64,000 nucleotides of DNA from Cyanophora paradoxa CCMP329 (lineage: Eukaryota > Plantae > Glaucophyta). A program made the position numbers and the translations under genes. Position 1 is the stretch's first letter, and every line of letters starts with the position of its first letter. The DNA lies in assembly GCA_004431415.1 (NCBI GenBank), contig QPMI01000136.1, positions 124,001 through 188,000 on the forward strand, read 5' to 3'. The notes below the pieces were generated by a model. The model did not search any database. It was not told where the DNA came from and was given only the letters and a program-made list of their open reading frames with translations. Shown one piece after another: positions 1 to 10,664 of this stretch.

Positions 1-67
1 GCGGGCGTCGCGCGCGCGTCACGGAGAGCCAAGTGAGCGTGGGGATGCGGCCCCGTGGTCCTGTGAC

Positions 68-273
68 GTCGTGCTGGCGCGGGCGGCTCCGCGCACGCGT
101 CGCCGGCGCCGGCGTGCTCTGTGGCGGTGCGCGGCAGGCGTCAAAGTTCATATTGAAAAGGCGTGAGCGAAGGGCGTAGATGACGGGCGCGGGGAGGGTT
201 CGCAGGATCCCCCGTGGGGCTTGGATGTCGTGCTGGTGCGGGCGGCCCCGCGCACGCGTCGCCGGCGCCGGCG
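68..273 (+). repeat. ~47-bp imperfect direct repeat (2 copies, 68-114 and 227-273) upstream of pPolB; possibly subterminal sequence of the element
   Basis: gtcgtgctggYgcgggcggcYccgcgcacgcgtcgccggcgccggcgt occurs twice. Confidence 0.7.
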
Positions 274-800
274 TTCCAGGTGCGTTGGCGGAGCCGCGGG
301 TCCGATTGCACGGAGTCGAGTCGTTCGTCGTGCGCTGTGGGCATGAGCTCAGGCGAGCCGTGCATGCGCGGGTGGTAGTCGACGAATTTAATTATTTTGC
401 AAGCTCAGCGGCCAGTCGACGAAACAGGTACCGGTTAGATCCGTCAGCCTGCAGGCTCAGAAGTTTCTGCCTCTGGAGATGTGTGATGACTTTACCTTTT
501 CTGTTGTTTTAATTGTTTTAATTGTTTCAATTCGGAGGGTCAAGTTCACGAGAAAACTTTGCGGACGCCGTGACGTCGACGTGACGCTGTGACGTGGCGA
601 GAAAACGGCGAGATACGTGACACACAAAAGATTGGCGCTGATAGAGCGCTGATGGCTAGTTCGAGACCGAGCCGGAGACAAGTCTTGCAGTTAGTTGCAT
701 GGCTTAAAGGTTTCTCGCACTCATACTAGCAATCAGAGATTGTGCGCGATTAAATCGCAAAAAGTTTTCGGTCAGCCAATATTGTAGAGACCTATTCATA

Positions 801-3800
801 ATGGACAGGAACAATCTGAGAGCGGAAATTCGGAGCCTTGCGCAGGAGCTACACACTCTTAGGTACATTAACGGAACATATTTGAACACACTGTTGCGGC
901 TAGCAGACCCACAGAGGGGAACCCACACACAAAATCTTCGAGCAAATCTAGCGACATTGCTCAGACTTAGGCAGACGAACCGGCCGCAGCGCCCTTTGTA
1001 CGAGGCATGGATAACAAGACATTTTGATAGCGAACGCAATGCTCGAATTGCAACCACGCGAGAGTTTGATGATATTGTTGAGTATGGGATCTCGAATTTG
1101 TTTCGCGAGAGTGGTCGAGGCGATACCGTGTTAAATTATGCCCACTATGCATATCCGGGGTTGTTATTTACCAAGGATGTTTTGGATATTGAACCGACTC
1201 CAATGCCTGAGCGAGTGAAAGAGATCACGATCGTGTTTCTGAGAGAGCTGCGAGTGCCAGCGAGGATTGGATCAAGCGTCCTAATTCGCTTTCATTTCGA
1301 TAACTTTCGCATATATCGCACTCAACTTGCAACAATCGAAGAGGGCACAATGCACTCGCTGTTGTCAAACTTGGCTGAAAAGATGGAACAATGGATGCTA
1401 GCGCAACAGCCATACGAAGACAATGACCTCTGGCCAGTAGTGAAAATAGAGGTGCTAATTGCAGAGAACGCTGCAGGTGCACTGGGAAACGTTCCAAAGC
1501 TCCCATTCAACGGCAAAGCCCTGACCATGAATAAGATCTACTGTCCGATTTCACCAGAGGACAATTGCGTGTTAGAGTGCTTTGAATATGTAAAGCTGAA
1601 TCCTGGAAGAATAAGCCTAGATCGAATTTACAAGCAGCTTCAGAGATTGGACTATGGAGGGATTAGAACACAGCTAGGACTACGGCGAGGATTGATATCA
1701 GTTGATGTGCCGACAATTAATAAGCTGAGCGGTTTTTACAGAATAGACACGAGTGTTTTTGAGTTTTCGCAAGGAAAATTTAAGCCGCTTTTTGCAACCG
1801 ATCTAGGATTTGAAAAGCGTGCTCACCTTTGTATTGTCGAGGCGCACTGCTACCTGATTAAGGATAAAAGAACAACTGAAATGGAGAAGTGCAGTGCCTG
1901 CGGGAAAATGCAGTTGGAACTGGAAAGGCACAAGGTAACTTGTCAGTTTTGTACTAGATGCCGTTGCGCCTACAATCCAATTGAAGATCACACAAACAAA
2001 TGCGTTGCGGCCATCAGAAACAAAGGTGTCATTGGAAGAAAGATCACCCCTTGCGAGAAGGAGAGTGAATTTACGGCAATGGAGAGCGTGATAGGGGCGG
2101 ACTTTGAAACATTTCCTTGCGATGGCAAGACCCACGTTCCATATGCTGTTGACACAGACATAATTTGCAAGGGCGAAATTGTAGGAACCAAGATGTTCTA
2201 CGGTCCTGAAACATTAAATCAATTTATGCAATGGCTGGATGATTGGGCAGAGAAGACCACAGTAGTATTTTACAACGGTGCGGGTTTTGATCTGATATTC
2301 ATATACCGATGGCTGATTGAGAATCGGCCAGACAGCCAGGTGAACGTCATGCGCTCCTCGGGCAAGATTAAGAGTATGAAGTGGAAGACGTCAGCAGGAG
2401 GAGAGTTGACAAGTTTTGACCCGTGCCTACATATTCAAGGTTCACTAAAACAGGCTGGAAAGGACTACGGCTGCACAACGATCAAAGGAGACTTTGACCA
2501 TCGCAAGATCAAGACGTGGGCAGATGTTGAGACACACAAGGAGGAATGGGGAGAATATCTTAGAGCCGACGTGCGATCGATGACGGAGCTATACATGAAA
2601 TATTCGAGTACGTGCTTTGAGCTATTTGGAATTAATGTGAATTCTAAGCAGACACTTACAGCTTCATCAATGGCATTTCAGATTTACCGGCAGCTGATGA
2701 AGACAGAGCTGCACCTTCCAAAGTATAGCGAAGATCAGGTTTTTCGCAGGGCTATTTACGGAGGTCGCTGTTTGCCATTCAAACGCAAGTTTGTCTCGAA
2801 GGGTCCAGATGATTTCTTGGTAGATCTGGATGTGGTCTCTCTTTATCCGACCGCAATGTACTTTAACCAGTTTCCGACAGGTAAATTTAAGGTGATCAAT
2901 GAACCGGAGGCTTTGGAGCGTTTTCGAAAGTTCATGCTAAGTCGAAAAATGGAGCAACTGTTCATTGCGAGCATCAGTGCGAAAATTCCTCAGGACCTTG
3001 TGCTTTCTCCGCTACCACGCCACGAGTCGAATTTGGGGTGGTCGAACCTAAAACCGATCGAGCGAGAGATGTATACATCGGTCGATATCTATAGGGCGAT
3101 AGCGCTTGGGGTCGAAATAACAGAGGTTCACGAGGTGTATTTATTTGAAGGCAAGGAGCGAATGTTTAAAGATTACATCGAGAAGTTGTATTGTATGAAG
3201 GCACGTTCAAGGAAGGGCACAGCTCAGTACGCAACAGCAAAGATTCAACTAAATGGTCTCTACGGCAAATTTGCCCAGCGGGCAGTGATCGAAACCACGG
3301 AGCTAGTTTCTAATTATCGCCGATTTAAAGAGCTCCAGCGGACGTCTACGATTACAGACATCGAAATTGAGAGTGAAACACGGATGTATGTGACATACGA
3401 AGTACCAGAGAGCAAACGTGATGCTTGTGTGTCGAAGCCCTGCTTCATTGGAGCATTTATTCTCTCCTACAGTCGCGAGATCATGGACAGGTTCCTAGTA
3501 AAGATGAACTCTTACAAAGACATCGAAGCCATGCCGTTTTACACGGACACCGACTCTCTTGTTGTGCACAGGAAATTTGCAGAGCTGGTGACTGATTGCA
3601 TGAAACGACCATACTCTTTGGAGGGTATGAGCGAAGAGGAGGCGAACAGGGCGATATGCGAGAACGAGCTGGGAAAACTAGATTACGACATCCAAGGGCA
3701 AATTGTGGAGGCATACTTTGTTGGCCCAAAGGTTTACTGCTGTCGTTTTGTGAAGGCGAATGGGGAGTCTGACGTGCATGTGCGTGCGAAAGGAATTCCG

Positions 3801-4127
3801 AAGAGCTGGATAGAAGAGAACTGGCTTTCGAGTGATCCGGAGCTGAGGAAGGGGCACCTCGAGTCACGGGTCGCTTTGGAAGCATTTAAACAAATGTTAG
3901 AAAACCGGTATCAGCCAGAGTGCACAATTGAGTCTAAACTTGCTCGTGTCTTCAAACCGAATGGAAAGCAGCGCGAGGCAGGGATTGGCTTTAGTTCAAT
4001 CATCCAGATTCCTTTCAGCAGAGTATTAAATAAGACGGAATACACAAAGCGCAAGATAATTTCGGATGACTATTACAGCACGGTTCCCCATGAGTACATC
4101 GGCCCAAATTCAGGAGGCATACTATGA
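801..4127 (+). CDS. polB: Protein-primed family B DNA polymerase with N-terminal terminal-protein/vOTU-like region and Zn ribbon
   Basis: ExoI GADFETF, ExoII FYNGAGFD, ExoIII YLRADV, PolA LDVVSLYPTAM, PolB KIQLNGLYGKF, PolC YTDTDSL, PKVY, RAKG. N-terminal EDNCVLEC...EAHCYLI followed by a CxxC...CxxCxxC cluster. Confidence 0.97.
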   Translation: MDRNNLRAEIRSLAQELHTLRYINGTYLNTLLRLADPQRGTHTQNLRANLATLLRLRQTNRPQRPLYEAWITRHFDSERNARIATTREFDDIVEYGISNLFRESGRGDTVLNYAHYAYPGLLFTKDVLDIEPTPMPERVKEITIVFLRELRVPARIGSSVLIRFHFDNFRIYRTQLATIEEGTMHSLLSNLAEKMEQWMLAQQPYEDNDLWPVVKIEVLIAENAAGALGNVPKLPFNGKALTMNKIYCPISPEDNCVLECFEYVKLNPGRISLDRIYKQLQRLDYGGIRTQLGLRRGLISVDVPTINKLSGFYRIDTSVFEFSQGKFKPLFATDLGFEKRAHLCIVEAHCYLIKDKRTTEMEKCSACGKMQLELERHKVTCQFCTRCRCAYNPIEDHTNKCVAAIRNKGVIGRKITPCEKESEFTAMESVIGADFETFPCDGKTHVPYAVDTDIICKGEIVGTKMFYGPETLNQFMQWLDDWAEKTTVVFYNGAGFDLIFIYRWLIENRPDSQVNVMRSSGKIKSMKWKTSAGGELTSFDPCLHIQGSLKQAGKDYGCTTIKGDFDHRKIKTWADVETHKEEWGEYLRADVRSMTELYMKYSSTCFELFGINVNSKQTLTASSMAFQIYRQLMKTELHLPKYSEDQVFRRAIYGGRCLPFKRKFVSKGPDDFLVDLDVVSLYPTAMYFNQFPTGKFKVINEPEALERFRKFMLSRKMEQLFIASISAKIPQDLVLSPLPRHESNLGWSNLKPIEREMYTSVDIYRAIALGVEITEVHEVYLFEGKERMFKDYIEKLYCMKARSRKGTAQYATAKIQLNGLYGKFAQRAVIETTELVSNYRRFKELQRTSTITDIEIESETRMYVTYEVPESKRDACVSKPCFIGAFILSYSREIMDRFLVKMNSYKDIEAMPFYTDTDSLVVHRKFAELVTDCMKRPYSLEGMSEEEANRAICENELGKLDYDIQGQIVEAYFVGPKVYCCRFVKANGESDVHVRAKGIPKSWIEENWLSSDPELRKGHLESRVALEAFKQMLENRYQPECTIESKLARVFKPNGKQREAGIGFSSIIQIPFSRVLNKTEYTKRKIISDDYYSTVPHEYIGPNSGGIL

Positions 4128-5226
4128 TCCAGAAACAGGGCTTCAGTCAGCCACACGTATTGCAAAGAAGTTGAAAATTCCAGTTGCCAGGGTTAGAGCA
4201 GTGCTGGAGAAATTATCGACAGCGCAAAGATTTGCGAGACCGCAAAAAGAGAAACCATTCACAAGTATAACATACGACAAAGCAGAGAAATACTACGAGG
4301 TGGACCTAATCGACGTGACTCCGTACGCCAGAACAAACCGCGGCATTCACTTTATAATGAACGCAGTGGACGTAGTGACTCGGAAAGCCTACAGCATTCC
4401 AATGAAGAACAAGAGCGAAGGTACACTCCTTTCAACACTACGGAAACTCATAGATAGTTTTCCAGCCAAGCCGGATATTATTCAGACCGATCAGGAGTTT
4501 AAAGCTTCAGCTGCTAGTCTATTAGAAGCTGAGGGAATTAAGCACAATGCAGTGGAAGCGCATCGACCCCAAGCAAATGGAAAAGTAGAGCGATTCAATG
4601 GAACTTTGAAGCGAATTATTGCACGGTATATGGAGGCATATGACACGGATAGATACATCGACAAGCTGCCCGCATTTGTGCGCAATTATAATTCGTCAGA
4701 GCATAGGTCGATTGGTACATCGCCAAACGCTGCAGCAGAGAATCCGAAGGAGACAATTGCACGCAACGATTATCAGCGAGAGATCTACGAGCAGCAACAC
4801 TACCTGAAGGAGGTCGAATTTAAAGTAGGAGACCTAGTTCGAGTTAAGCTAACCAGGAGAACCTTCGATAAATCGACAAAGCCAACCTTCTCGAAAGAAG
4901 TATTTCGAATTGAGTCGATTGGGGGTTTTGGACCCCTTCTTAGATTAAAACTCGCTGGATTGGATACACCAGTGACCTACCAGCAAATTTTGAAGGTCCC
5001 ATTAGATTCAGAGGAGCGGCGTGCTGGAGGAGCAGCACAGAGAGCAATGCAACGACGAAAGAAGGAGCTAAATCTGATGCGAGAGAACTTAGATCGAGCG
5101 GACATAGAAAAAAATAAGAAGCTCATTCGCCTTCAAAAGCAACTTGCGACAGCTGGAACTGTCAAGTTAAATCCTGGTGGAATATTAGAGAGAACAAAGA
5201 CCAGAAGGGCAGTCAAAGAGCTATAA
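4090..5226 (+). CDS. Retroviral-like (rve, DDE) integrase of Polinton type
   Basis: YYDP...G N-terminus, D (YEVDLIDV), D (IQTDQEF), E (NGKVERFNGTLK), YN..HRSIG..P, FKVGDLVRV. ATG at 4090 overlaps the polB end. Confidence 0.95.
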   Translation: MSTSAQIQEAYYDPETGLQSATRIAKKLKIPVARVRAVLEKLSTAQRFARPQKEKPFTSITYDKAEKYYEVDLIDVTPYARTNRGIHFIMNAVDVVTRKAYSIPMKNKSEGTLLSTLRKLIDSFPAKPDIIQTDQEFKASAASLLEAEGIKHNAVEAHRPQANGKVERFNGTLKRIIARYMEAYDTDRYIDKLPAFVRNYNSSEHRSIGTSPNAAAENPKETIARNDYQREIYEQQHYLKEVEFKVGDLVRVKLTRRTFDKSTKPTFSKEVFRIESIGGFGPLLRLKLAGLDTPVTYQQILKVPLDSEERRAGGAAQRAMQRRKKELNLMRENLDRADIEKNKKLIRLQKQLATAGTVKLNPGGILERTKTRRAVKEL

Positions 5227-5488
5227 CAACGCATTGTTGGAGAGACTCTAGCAGCGCTAACTTTTCGTAAATTCGATTGCGATAGCGGCGATTGGCTTCT
5301 AAATGATTCTCGCTGTTGTTCTGCTGGTATTTCGAACTGGCTTCAATGTGTCGTCGGCGAAATTCCGGATCTTCATTGTAACGACGGCGATGATTTTCAG
5401 CACGCTTTGCTTTTCGTGCCGCAGCAATTTCAGGGGTGACAACAATTGGTTTGCGACCTCGCTGTTTAGGTGATGATTCAGCATCCAT
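5213..5488 (-). CDS. Small basic helical protein, putative DNA-binding
   Basis: MDAESSPKQRGRKP...RRRYNEDPEFRRRH...; RGRKP AT-hook-like motif plus basic helix. ATG start inferred at 5488. Confidence 0.6.
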   Translation of the reverse strand: MDAESSPKQRGRKPIVVTPEIAAARKAKRAENHRRRYNEDPEFRRRHIEASSKYQQNNSENHLEANRRYRNRIYEKLALLESLQQCVVIAL

Positions 5489-5598
5489 CTTTGCGTGTTT
5501 TCTCGTCACAAACAAGGTGCGAAATCTTTTTATGGCATAAATCGCAGGTTTGTGTTGCGTTAAATTCCGAACATAAAATCCGAGATATAATTCAAATA

Positions 5599-5892
5599 AT
5601 GGACGCAGACAAGCAGCGTCGCTGCGCCGCAGGAACAATTCGATTTGGAAAATATAAAGGTGAAACTCATCTTAAAGTAGTTTTAACCGACCCAAAATAC
5701 GCCGAATGGTTATTGTCTTGGGAACATCTCCGTGAGTACGATAAAAGACAATTGCAGCGTGCTTTTGAAATTTGTCAATTAGAAAATGCGACTCTGCATC
5801 AGCGACGTCCTACAGTTGAACTACCTGACCTACCAGATTTCACAGACGAATCCTTCTCCCACCCATCGCATTCTTCATCTGTGAGCTCGTAG
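5599..5892 (+). CDS. DUF3820-like small protein
   Basis: IRFGKYKG.....V...DPKYAEWL signature; ATG at 5599 after AT-rich spacer. Confidence 0.75.
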   Translation: MDADKQRRCAAGTIRFGKYKGETHLKVVLTDPKYAEWLLSWEHLREYDKRQLQRAFEICQLENATLHQRRPTVELPDLPDFTDESFSHPSHSSSVSS

Positions 5893-6472
5893 AATTTGGT
5901 TCAGAGACATAAGGTGATGCAGTTTTAACCTCGGCAGAATCAAGCGATTGCTCTGCCTTTAGTTTTTCATTTTTCAAATACCGCAAATCAGGTGCATCCA
6001 TCACTCTTGTCTTAAACATCTCACTTCGCAGCATCTCCCGAATTTTTGTACGTTCTTGCTTCTCTTTTACATACGATTCGATATTAGCCGACCTCGCTTC
6101 TAGATCGCGCAATTTAGCCGCTAACTCGTCAAATTGTGACTTTGATACCGTTGGTTGTTTAATCTTAGGACCTGAATAGCGTGGTTCAGAGGCCATGGCT
6201 TGGATAATTCTAGCAGCATCATCATCGATATCAGACTGCATTTCAGTTACACTTTTAGCCTGGGCGTGGCGATCGTCAATTGCACTGGCGTTTGCTGCTG
6301 CCGAGGCGATCGTTTTCGCTACGGGTGCATTTAGACGGGGGTCACTAGCTAGTTCACCGCTAGGAGCAGCAACAGCTGCGCCCTCTGTCGCACCACTTTC
6401 GATGAGAGGGGCGTTTGGCTCTGGGAGCACCCTTCGTTCACGAAAACCCTTTCTTGGAATCCCACGGGGCAT
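5840..6472 (-). CDS. Hypothetical viral protein with coiled coil
   Basis: 210-aa ORF directly downstream of the ATPase; heptad region FDELAAKLRDLEARSANIESYVKE. Confidence 0.65.
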   Translation of the reverse strand: MPRGIPRKGFRERRVLPEPNAPLIESGATEGAAVAAPSGELASDPRLNAPVAKTIASAAANASAIDDRHAQAKSVTEMQSDIDDDAARIIQAMASEPRYSGPKIKQPTVSKSQFDELAAKLRDLEARSANIESYVKEKQERTKIREMLRSEMFKTRVMDAPDLRYLKNEKLKAEQSLDSAEVKTASPYVSEPNSTSSQMKNAMGGRRIRL

Positions 6473-6481
6473 CTTCTGTTC

Positions 6482-7204
6482 TTAAGCTAAGATTTTAAAA
6501 CGCTTCTTTTTAGGGATAACAGGCGATTCTTTCTTAGACTCTTCTTCTTGTCTTAGCCATTTAGAGAAACGAAAACTCTTATCTTCAACAGCTTTATCAA
6601 CGTACCAGGCCGTATCGTACTTGGTCCCATCAAGGACTAGGCACTGATAATCGTGCGCCCAGGTTTCAAATAAAGCTATAAATTCTTCTTTTGGGAGATG
6701 GCTAAACTCTCTATATATTGCCTCGAGCTCGGTATGATTAGAGTAACTGAAGAAAAAACAATAGTCGGAGTTCGATCTTATAGATTGACTCAATGCTGTA
6801 AGCTTTTGGGTCATAAGAATCGTACTGATATTAAAATGACGACCTTGTGTAAAAAGTCGATTAACGGTCTTGCTATTTCGCAGATCAACAGTTTCAGAGG
6901 CAGCAACGAGATCATCCAATACAAGCAATATCTGCGGCGCTTTCTTTTTGTTTTCAATCAAATTTCGCTGTGAATCAATGATTTCAGCAACTATGGCGGG
7001 CTGAAAATCGTCGTAAAGCTCTTTAGTTATTGCAGAATACTCGCCGTTGAATTTGGTGGCCGTAAACACTACGACACGATTGATCTTTGGATAAAGCAGT
7101 CGAAGCAAATGCTTTGTGCAATAGAATGATTTGCCGCTATTAGACTTTGAAATGAATAGGGCTTTAAATGGAACCCTCATATCGCTAGGCTGGAACTGAT
7201 CCAT
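6482..7204 (-). CDS. A32/FtsK-like genome packaging ATPase
   Basis: Walker A variant SKSNSGKS, Walker B LLVLDD, A32-type LFTQGRHFNISTILMTQ and IRSNSDY; adjacent to MCP. Confidence 0.93.
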   Translation of the reverse strand: MDQFQPSDMRVPFKALFISKSNSGKSFYCTKHLLRLLYPKINRVVVFTATKFNGEYSAITKELYDDFQPAIVAEIIDSQRNLIENKKKAPQILLVLDDLVAASETVDLRNSKTVNRLFTQGRHFNISTILMTQKLTALSQSIRSNSDYCFFFSYSNHTELEAIYREFSHLPKEEFIALFETWAHDYQCLVLDGTKYDTAWYVDKAVEDKSFRFSKWLRQEEESKKESPVIPKKKRFKILA

Positions 7205-7266
7205 CAAAAAATAGTCGGCAGACAAGCTGCCTCGGCTGCGCCCAACTACCGAGATTAGCAGATTCT

Positions 7267-8655
7267 CTAGAGGTTCACCTTACGAAGGCCCGCGGCATCA
7301 ACAATTAGGACTGTGTGAAGGAGAGCGCGAACCTGGACGTAAATCTTGTTGGCTGCATCATACGGGGCAGGGTTCATAATATTCAGGAAGCAGCTGCTCG
7401 AGTTTGTCAGATCTACGAAACCAGTTTGAGCAGCATTTCGGATCGATTTATCCCCACTAATGCAAAATGGCAAACCAGTCAGCACGTACCTATTCAAAGG
7501 AGCGTCTAGATTTGAGCACTTGAAGACATCAGCGATGAGTTCGGCACCTTGCAAGAGAGGAACAGGCTCGTTTGAATAAAGCCGCTGGCCATTCAATTCG
7601 CAGGAAATAGTTATATCACGAGCATTGGCCTCGGTTTTGAGGACACTGTGTTTTCCATCAGTTTGGTTCATATTTGTCTGCTTGCGAATGCTAACAAATA
7701 GGCCGAAGCAGAGTCCACTGATCTGTGACAGGTTGATCCGGGTTGGCGCACCAGCACCCGCATAAGTAATTGAATCAGCATCAACCCAGCCGACATCGGT
7801 AGCGGGAATTGCGATTCCAGACGTTTTGACTTTCTCAATCACCTGGGCAAAAGTGGCCTCATCAACGTTGATGCAATGAGCAATAATCTTTGGATTAGAA
7901 AGCTCCGGATTGGCAGGGGTGACACTGAGAACATTGGCAGTTATATTCTGACCGATGTTTGCAGGGGATGCAGCGGCGGCTCCCACGCTCCCGAGTCCAT
8001 CTTCTTGAGTCGCATCACCGCCTATGGCATATTCTTTTACAAACCTACCACCATAGCTGGTTTCAACAAAGCCCTGGGCACGATCACGGAACCAAACCTC
8101 GACAGACACCTCGCCAGATAGAGCACCAATTGGGAGCACAGAACCCTCCCATGGACAGGGGATTTTTACACTGAAAATGCCTCCAGTGCGATTGGTACCC
8201 TGCGGGGGTGTTCCATGGAGCCAGCCACCGGACCGGTACTTCTTTTTAAGCTGAGCATCATCATTGAAAATCAGAGCGCTGTGAACAAGCCAGTCCTCGG
8301 GGACAATGTAGCTGTAGGAAGCATATTTGATTTCGATTCGCTTTACGAGAGCACCAACAGACCGCAGATAACCAGTGCGAACCAGGTCAGTGTCACCAGT
8401 AAATGCAGTCAGCTCTGGAAGGGTAAACTGGAGTTCGAGCCCCTGAAGGAAATTGTAGCGGGGCAGGAAATAAGTAACCCTCTTTCCGAAGCAGTCTCCA
8501 TAGTCATTGCTTGGGTTGACAACAACACGCACAGGCTTTGTTTGGCTGGTTAGACCTAACATAAGCTCATTGTTCATGAAGAAGTCCTTTGCTTCCTGCG
8601 GAGTTGTCAGGAGCTCTTTGAGACCGAGCCGCTGCAAGTTTTGGGTAACATCCAT
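7267..8655 (-). CDS. Double jelly-roll major capsid protein
   Basis: 462 aa, beta-rich. YFLPRYNFLQGLELQFTLP, LVKRIEIKY and VLPIGALSGEVSVEVWFRD resemble NCLDV/PLV MCP motifs; located between ATPase and penton genes. Confidence 0.85.
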   Translation of the reverse strand: MDVTQNLQRLGLKELLTTPQEAKDFFMNNELMLGLTSQTKPVRVVVNPSNDYGDCFGKRVTYFLPRYNFLQGLELQFTLPELTAFTGDTDLVRTGYLRSVGALVKRIEIKYASYSYIVPEDWLVHSALIFNDDAQLKKKYRSGGWLHGTPPQGTNRTGGIFSVKIPCPWEGSVLPIGALSGEVSVEVWFRDRAQGFVETSYGGRFVKEYAIGGDATQEDGLGSVGAAAASPANIGQNITANVLSVTPANPELSNPKIIAHCINVDEATFAQVIEKVKTSGIAIPATDVGWVDADSITYAGAGAPTRINLSQISGLCFGLFVSIRKQTNMNQTDGKHSVLKTEANARDITISCELNGQRLYSNEPVPLLQGAELIADVFKCSNLDAPLNRYVLTGLPFCISGDKSIRNAAQTGFVDLTNSSSCFLNIMNPAPYDAANKIYVQVRALLHTVLIVDAAGLRKVNL

Positions 8656-8700
8656 TGAAGTATATAATTGCAGTGAAAGAAAATAATTTGGGCGCTTAGC

Positions 8701-9656
8701 TCAATTTGACGAATTGATCCAAGGATATGTCTTTGACCTTTTCTGGAGCTGAAGCTTTGCAAGCTCGTAGACAACATCCCCATTGGGTTCGTCTGGACCA
8801 TAACGAATTTCGAGAATAAATGAGACAGGAGCTCCATTTAAATCAGCAATTCGCTGCATAAAATCGTAAATTTCAATAGTCACAGAGTAGAGGTCCAGCT
8901 TTGAATAAACATACTTATACAAAGGAGTTGCTTCAGTAGAATTGTAGTAGGCCGTCTCACCAGGACGAAGGCTATTTGGAATGCTAATTTTGGCAAAGAA
9001 GCCAGGTATTGAAGTATTGGGCATACTGACAAGGTCACCAATTTCAGGAATGCGAAGGAGCACATGATCATCGGGAGTGACATCAGGTTCATAAGCGCCC
9101 TCTATATATTGAACATCGACAGATAAATCCTTCGACCGGATCGGTAGAATTGATCTCAGCCCTAGAAGCTTTGCAGTTCTTTGAGCCCTTGCAACAGCCT
9201 GGTAGTTTCTGACTTCCCGCCCACCTGGTTAGGTGGCAACATCAGAGCAATAAAGAACTCGAAGCTAGCTGTGAACCCTATTAATTTAACCGCTGAATTA
9301 TACGTGCACGTGATACCAGTCCCCGTCAACCTTTCGTTTATCTTTGTCACAAGCGAGGTGACGTCGTAATTTCCAGGTGGAATCGCAATGTTATTCCACG
9401 CACCAAAGCCTGGCTGAGGTGGGTCTGGTCCCTCATTTGCAGGATCATATTTGCACCAATATATATAGGTGTCAAAGACCAAATCCTCTGCTGGATCGAG
9501 TATATCAATTGTGCTCATTGTGTTGGGGATCTCAGCTGATACCAAGCGCACAGCTTTCACATCCTGATAAATTTTAGGCAGTCTAACCTTGAATTTTGAG
9601 GTTGATAAAAGCTCATCTGCTAGGTGACTTGCAATGCAGACGTAGTCCGTCGGCAT
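8701..9656 (-). CDS. Minor capsid (penton-like, single jelly-roll) protein 1; one frameshift near 9165-9230
   Basis: FKVRLPKIYQDVKAVRLVSAEIPN, IPPGNY, then in the -1 frame RTAKLLGL...VLLRIPE...FFAKI...IEIYD...DLNGAPVSFILEI. Adding one C (aacc to aaccc) joins track ORFs 9162-9797 and 8701-9063. Confidence 0.8.
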
Positions 9657-9684
9657 CTTTTTTATATCAGTTAGAGAATAAAAA

Positions 9685-10637
9685 ATGGTCGAAGACAAGC
9701 ATCGACGCTGCGCCAGGCTTACCTTTGACAGCAGAGACAGAAGGCCAATCGATTCAGAGGCAAACTTTGTGCTCGAAATCAATGAGCCTATAATCAATCC
9801 AGTTGCTGTTCGACTTACTCAGTGTGAGTTCGCAAATAGTCTTTATACCAGCATTAAAGATGAGTATCTTTCGATCACCTTTCCCAACATTTGGACGGAA
9901 AATCTGGCGGTTTTTGAGCCTGGCATAATTACGACTGCAAATATGGGCGAAACAGATATTTACAACTTTGGCCTATCGTTTAAGTTTGAGCTGGGGGGAA
10001 TTGTTATTGCATATTTCAAATTGTTTAGGGACCCAGAGACACTGAAGATGTCTGCCTATTGCAACCGTTCCTGCACAGTGACCTGCCAGTTCAAAGCTCT
10101 ATCAAATCTGCTCGGGCTGAACAGAAATGAGCCCCTCCAGCTGTCTCCTATCGTGCTTGAAGGGGGGCAAAGGCCAGTTACTGCAGCTGAGCGGTATCTG
10201 GAGGTTGCTGGCATTCCAGTTACACCTGCACACCCTGAGTACGGCATCGATTTCACCGGAAGAATGCGGAGTGAGCCACTTGGTTATGCTGTCGAATTTC
10301 CAAAGATAATCGACATGAACAGCGACCAGTACCTCTTCCTTGTCTGCGAAGAGCTACGGCCATTTGCTTCAAAGCTTCGCCGTGGGGCTAAATCAATGTG
10401 CAATTACGGGCTTGCTCGAATCCAGATGAGCCAGGATGTTGGCAAGTTCGTTTACATAAATCAGGATCACAACGGCGAATGGATCCCATCGAAGAGCGTC
10501 TTGTGTTGACTTCCTTGCGACTGCGCATTGTAGACAGAGATGGTGATGATGTATCACTGAACGGCCTGCCTTGGTCTGGTGAACTGCAGTTCATAACTAG
10601 GGAAAGTCGCCAGACAAGCGAAAGGGCCTCGCACTGA
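9685..10637 (+). CDS. Minor capsid (penton-like) protein 2; one frameshift near 10485
   Basis: FDSRDR N-terminal motif, LSNLLGL, YLFLVCEEL, LARI; after adding one C in atcccatc it continues LTSLRLRIVDRDGDDVSLNGLPWSGELQF. Confidence 0.8.
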
Positions 10638-10664
10638 TTTTAAAAGCGGCACAATATATCAAAA

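Noticed and set aside
1-800. Left terminal inverted repeat of the element
   Set aside because: No reverse-complement partner seen in the window and no clear terminus or TSD; the end may lie upstream
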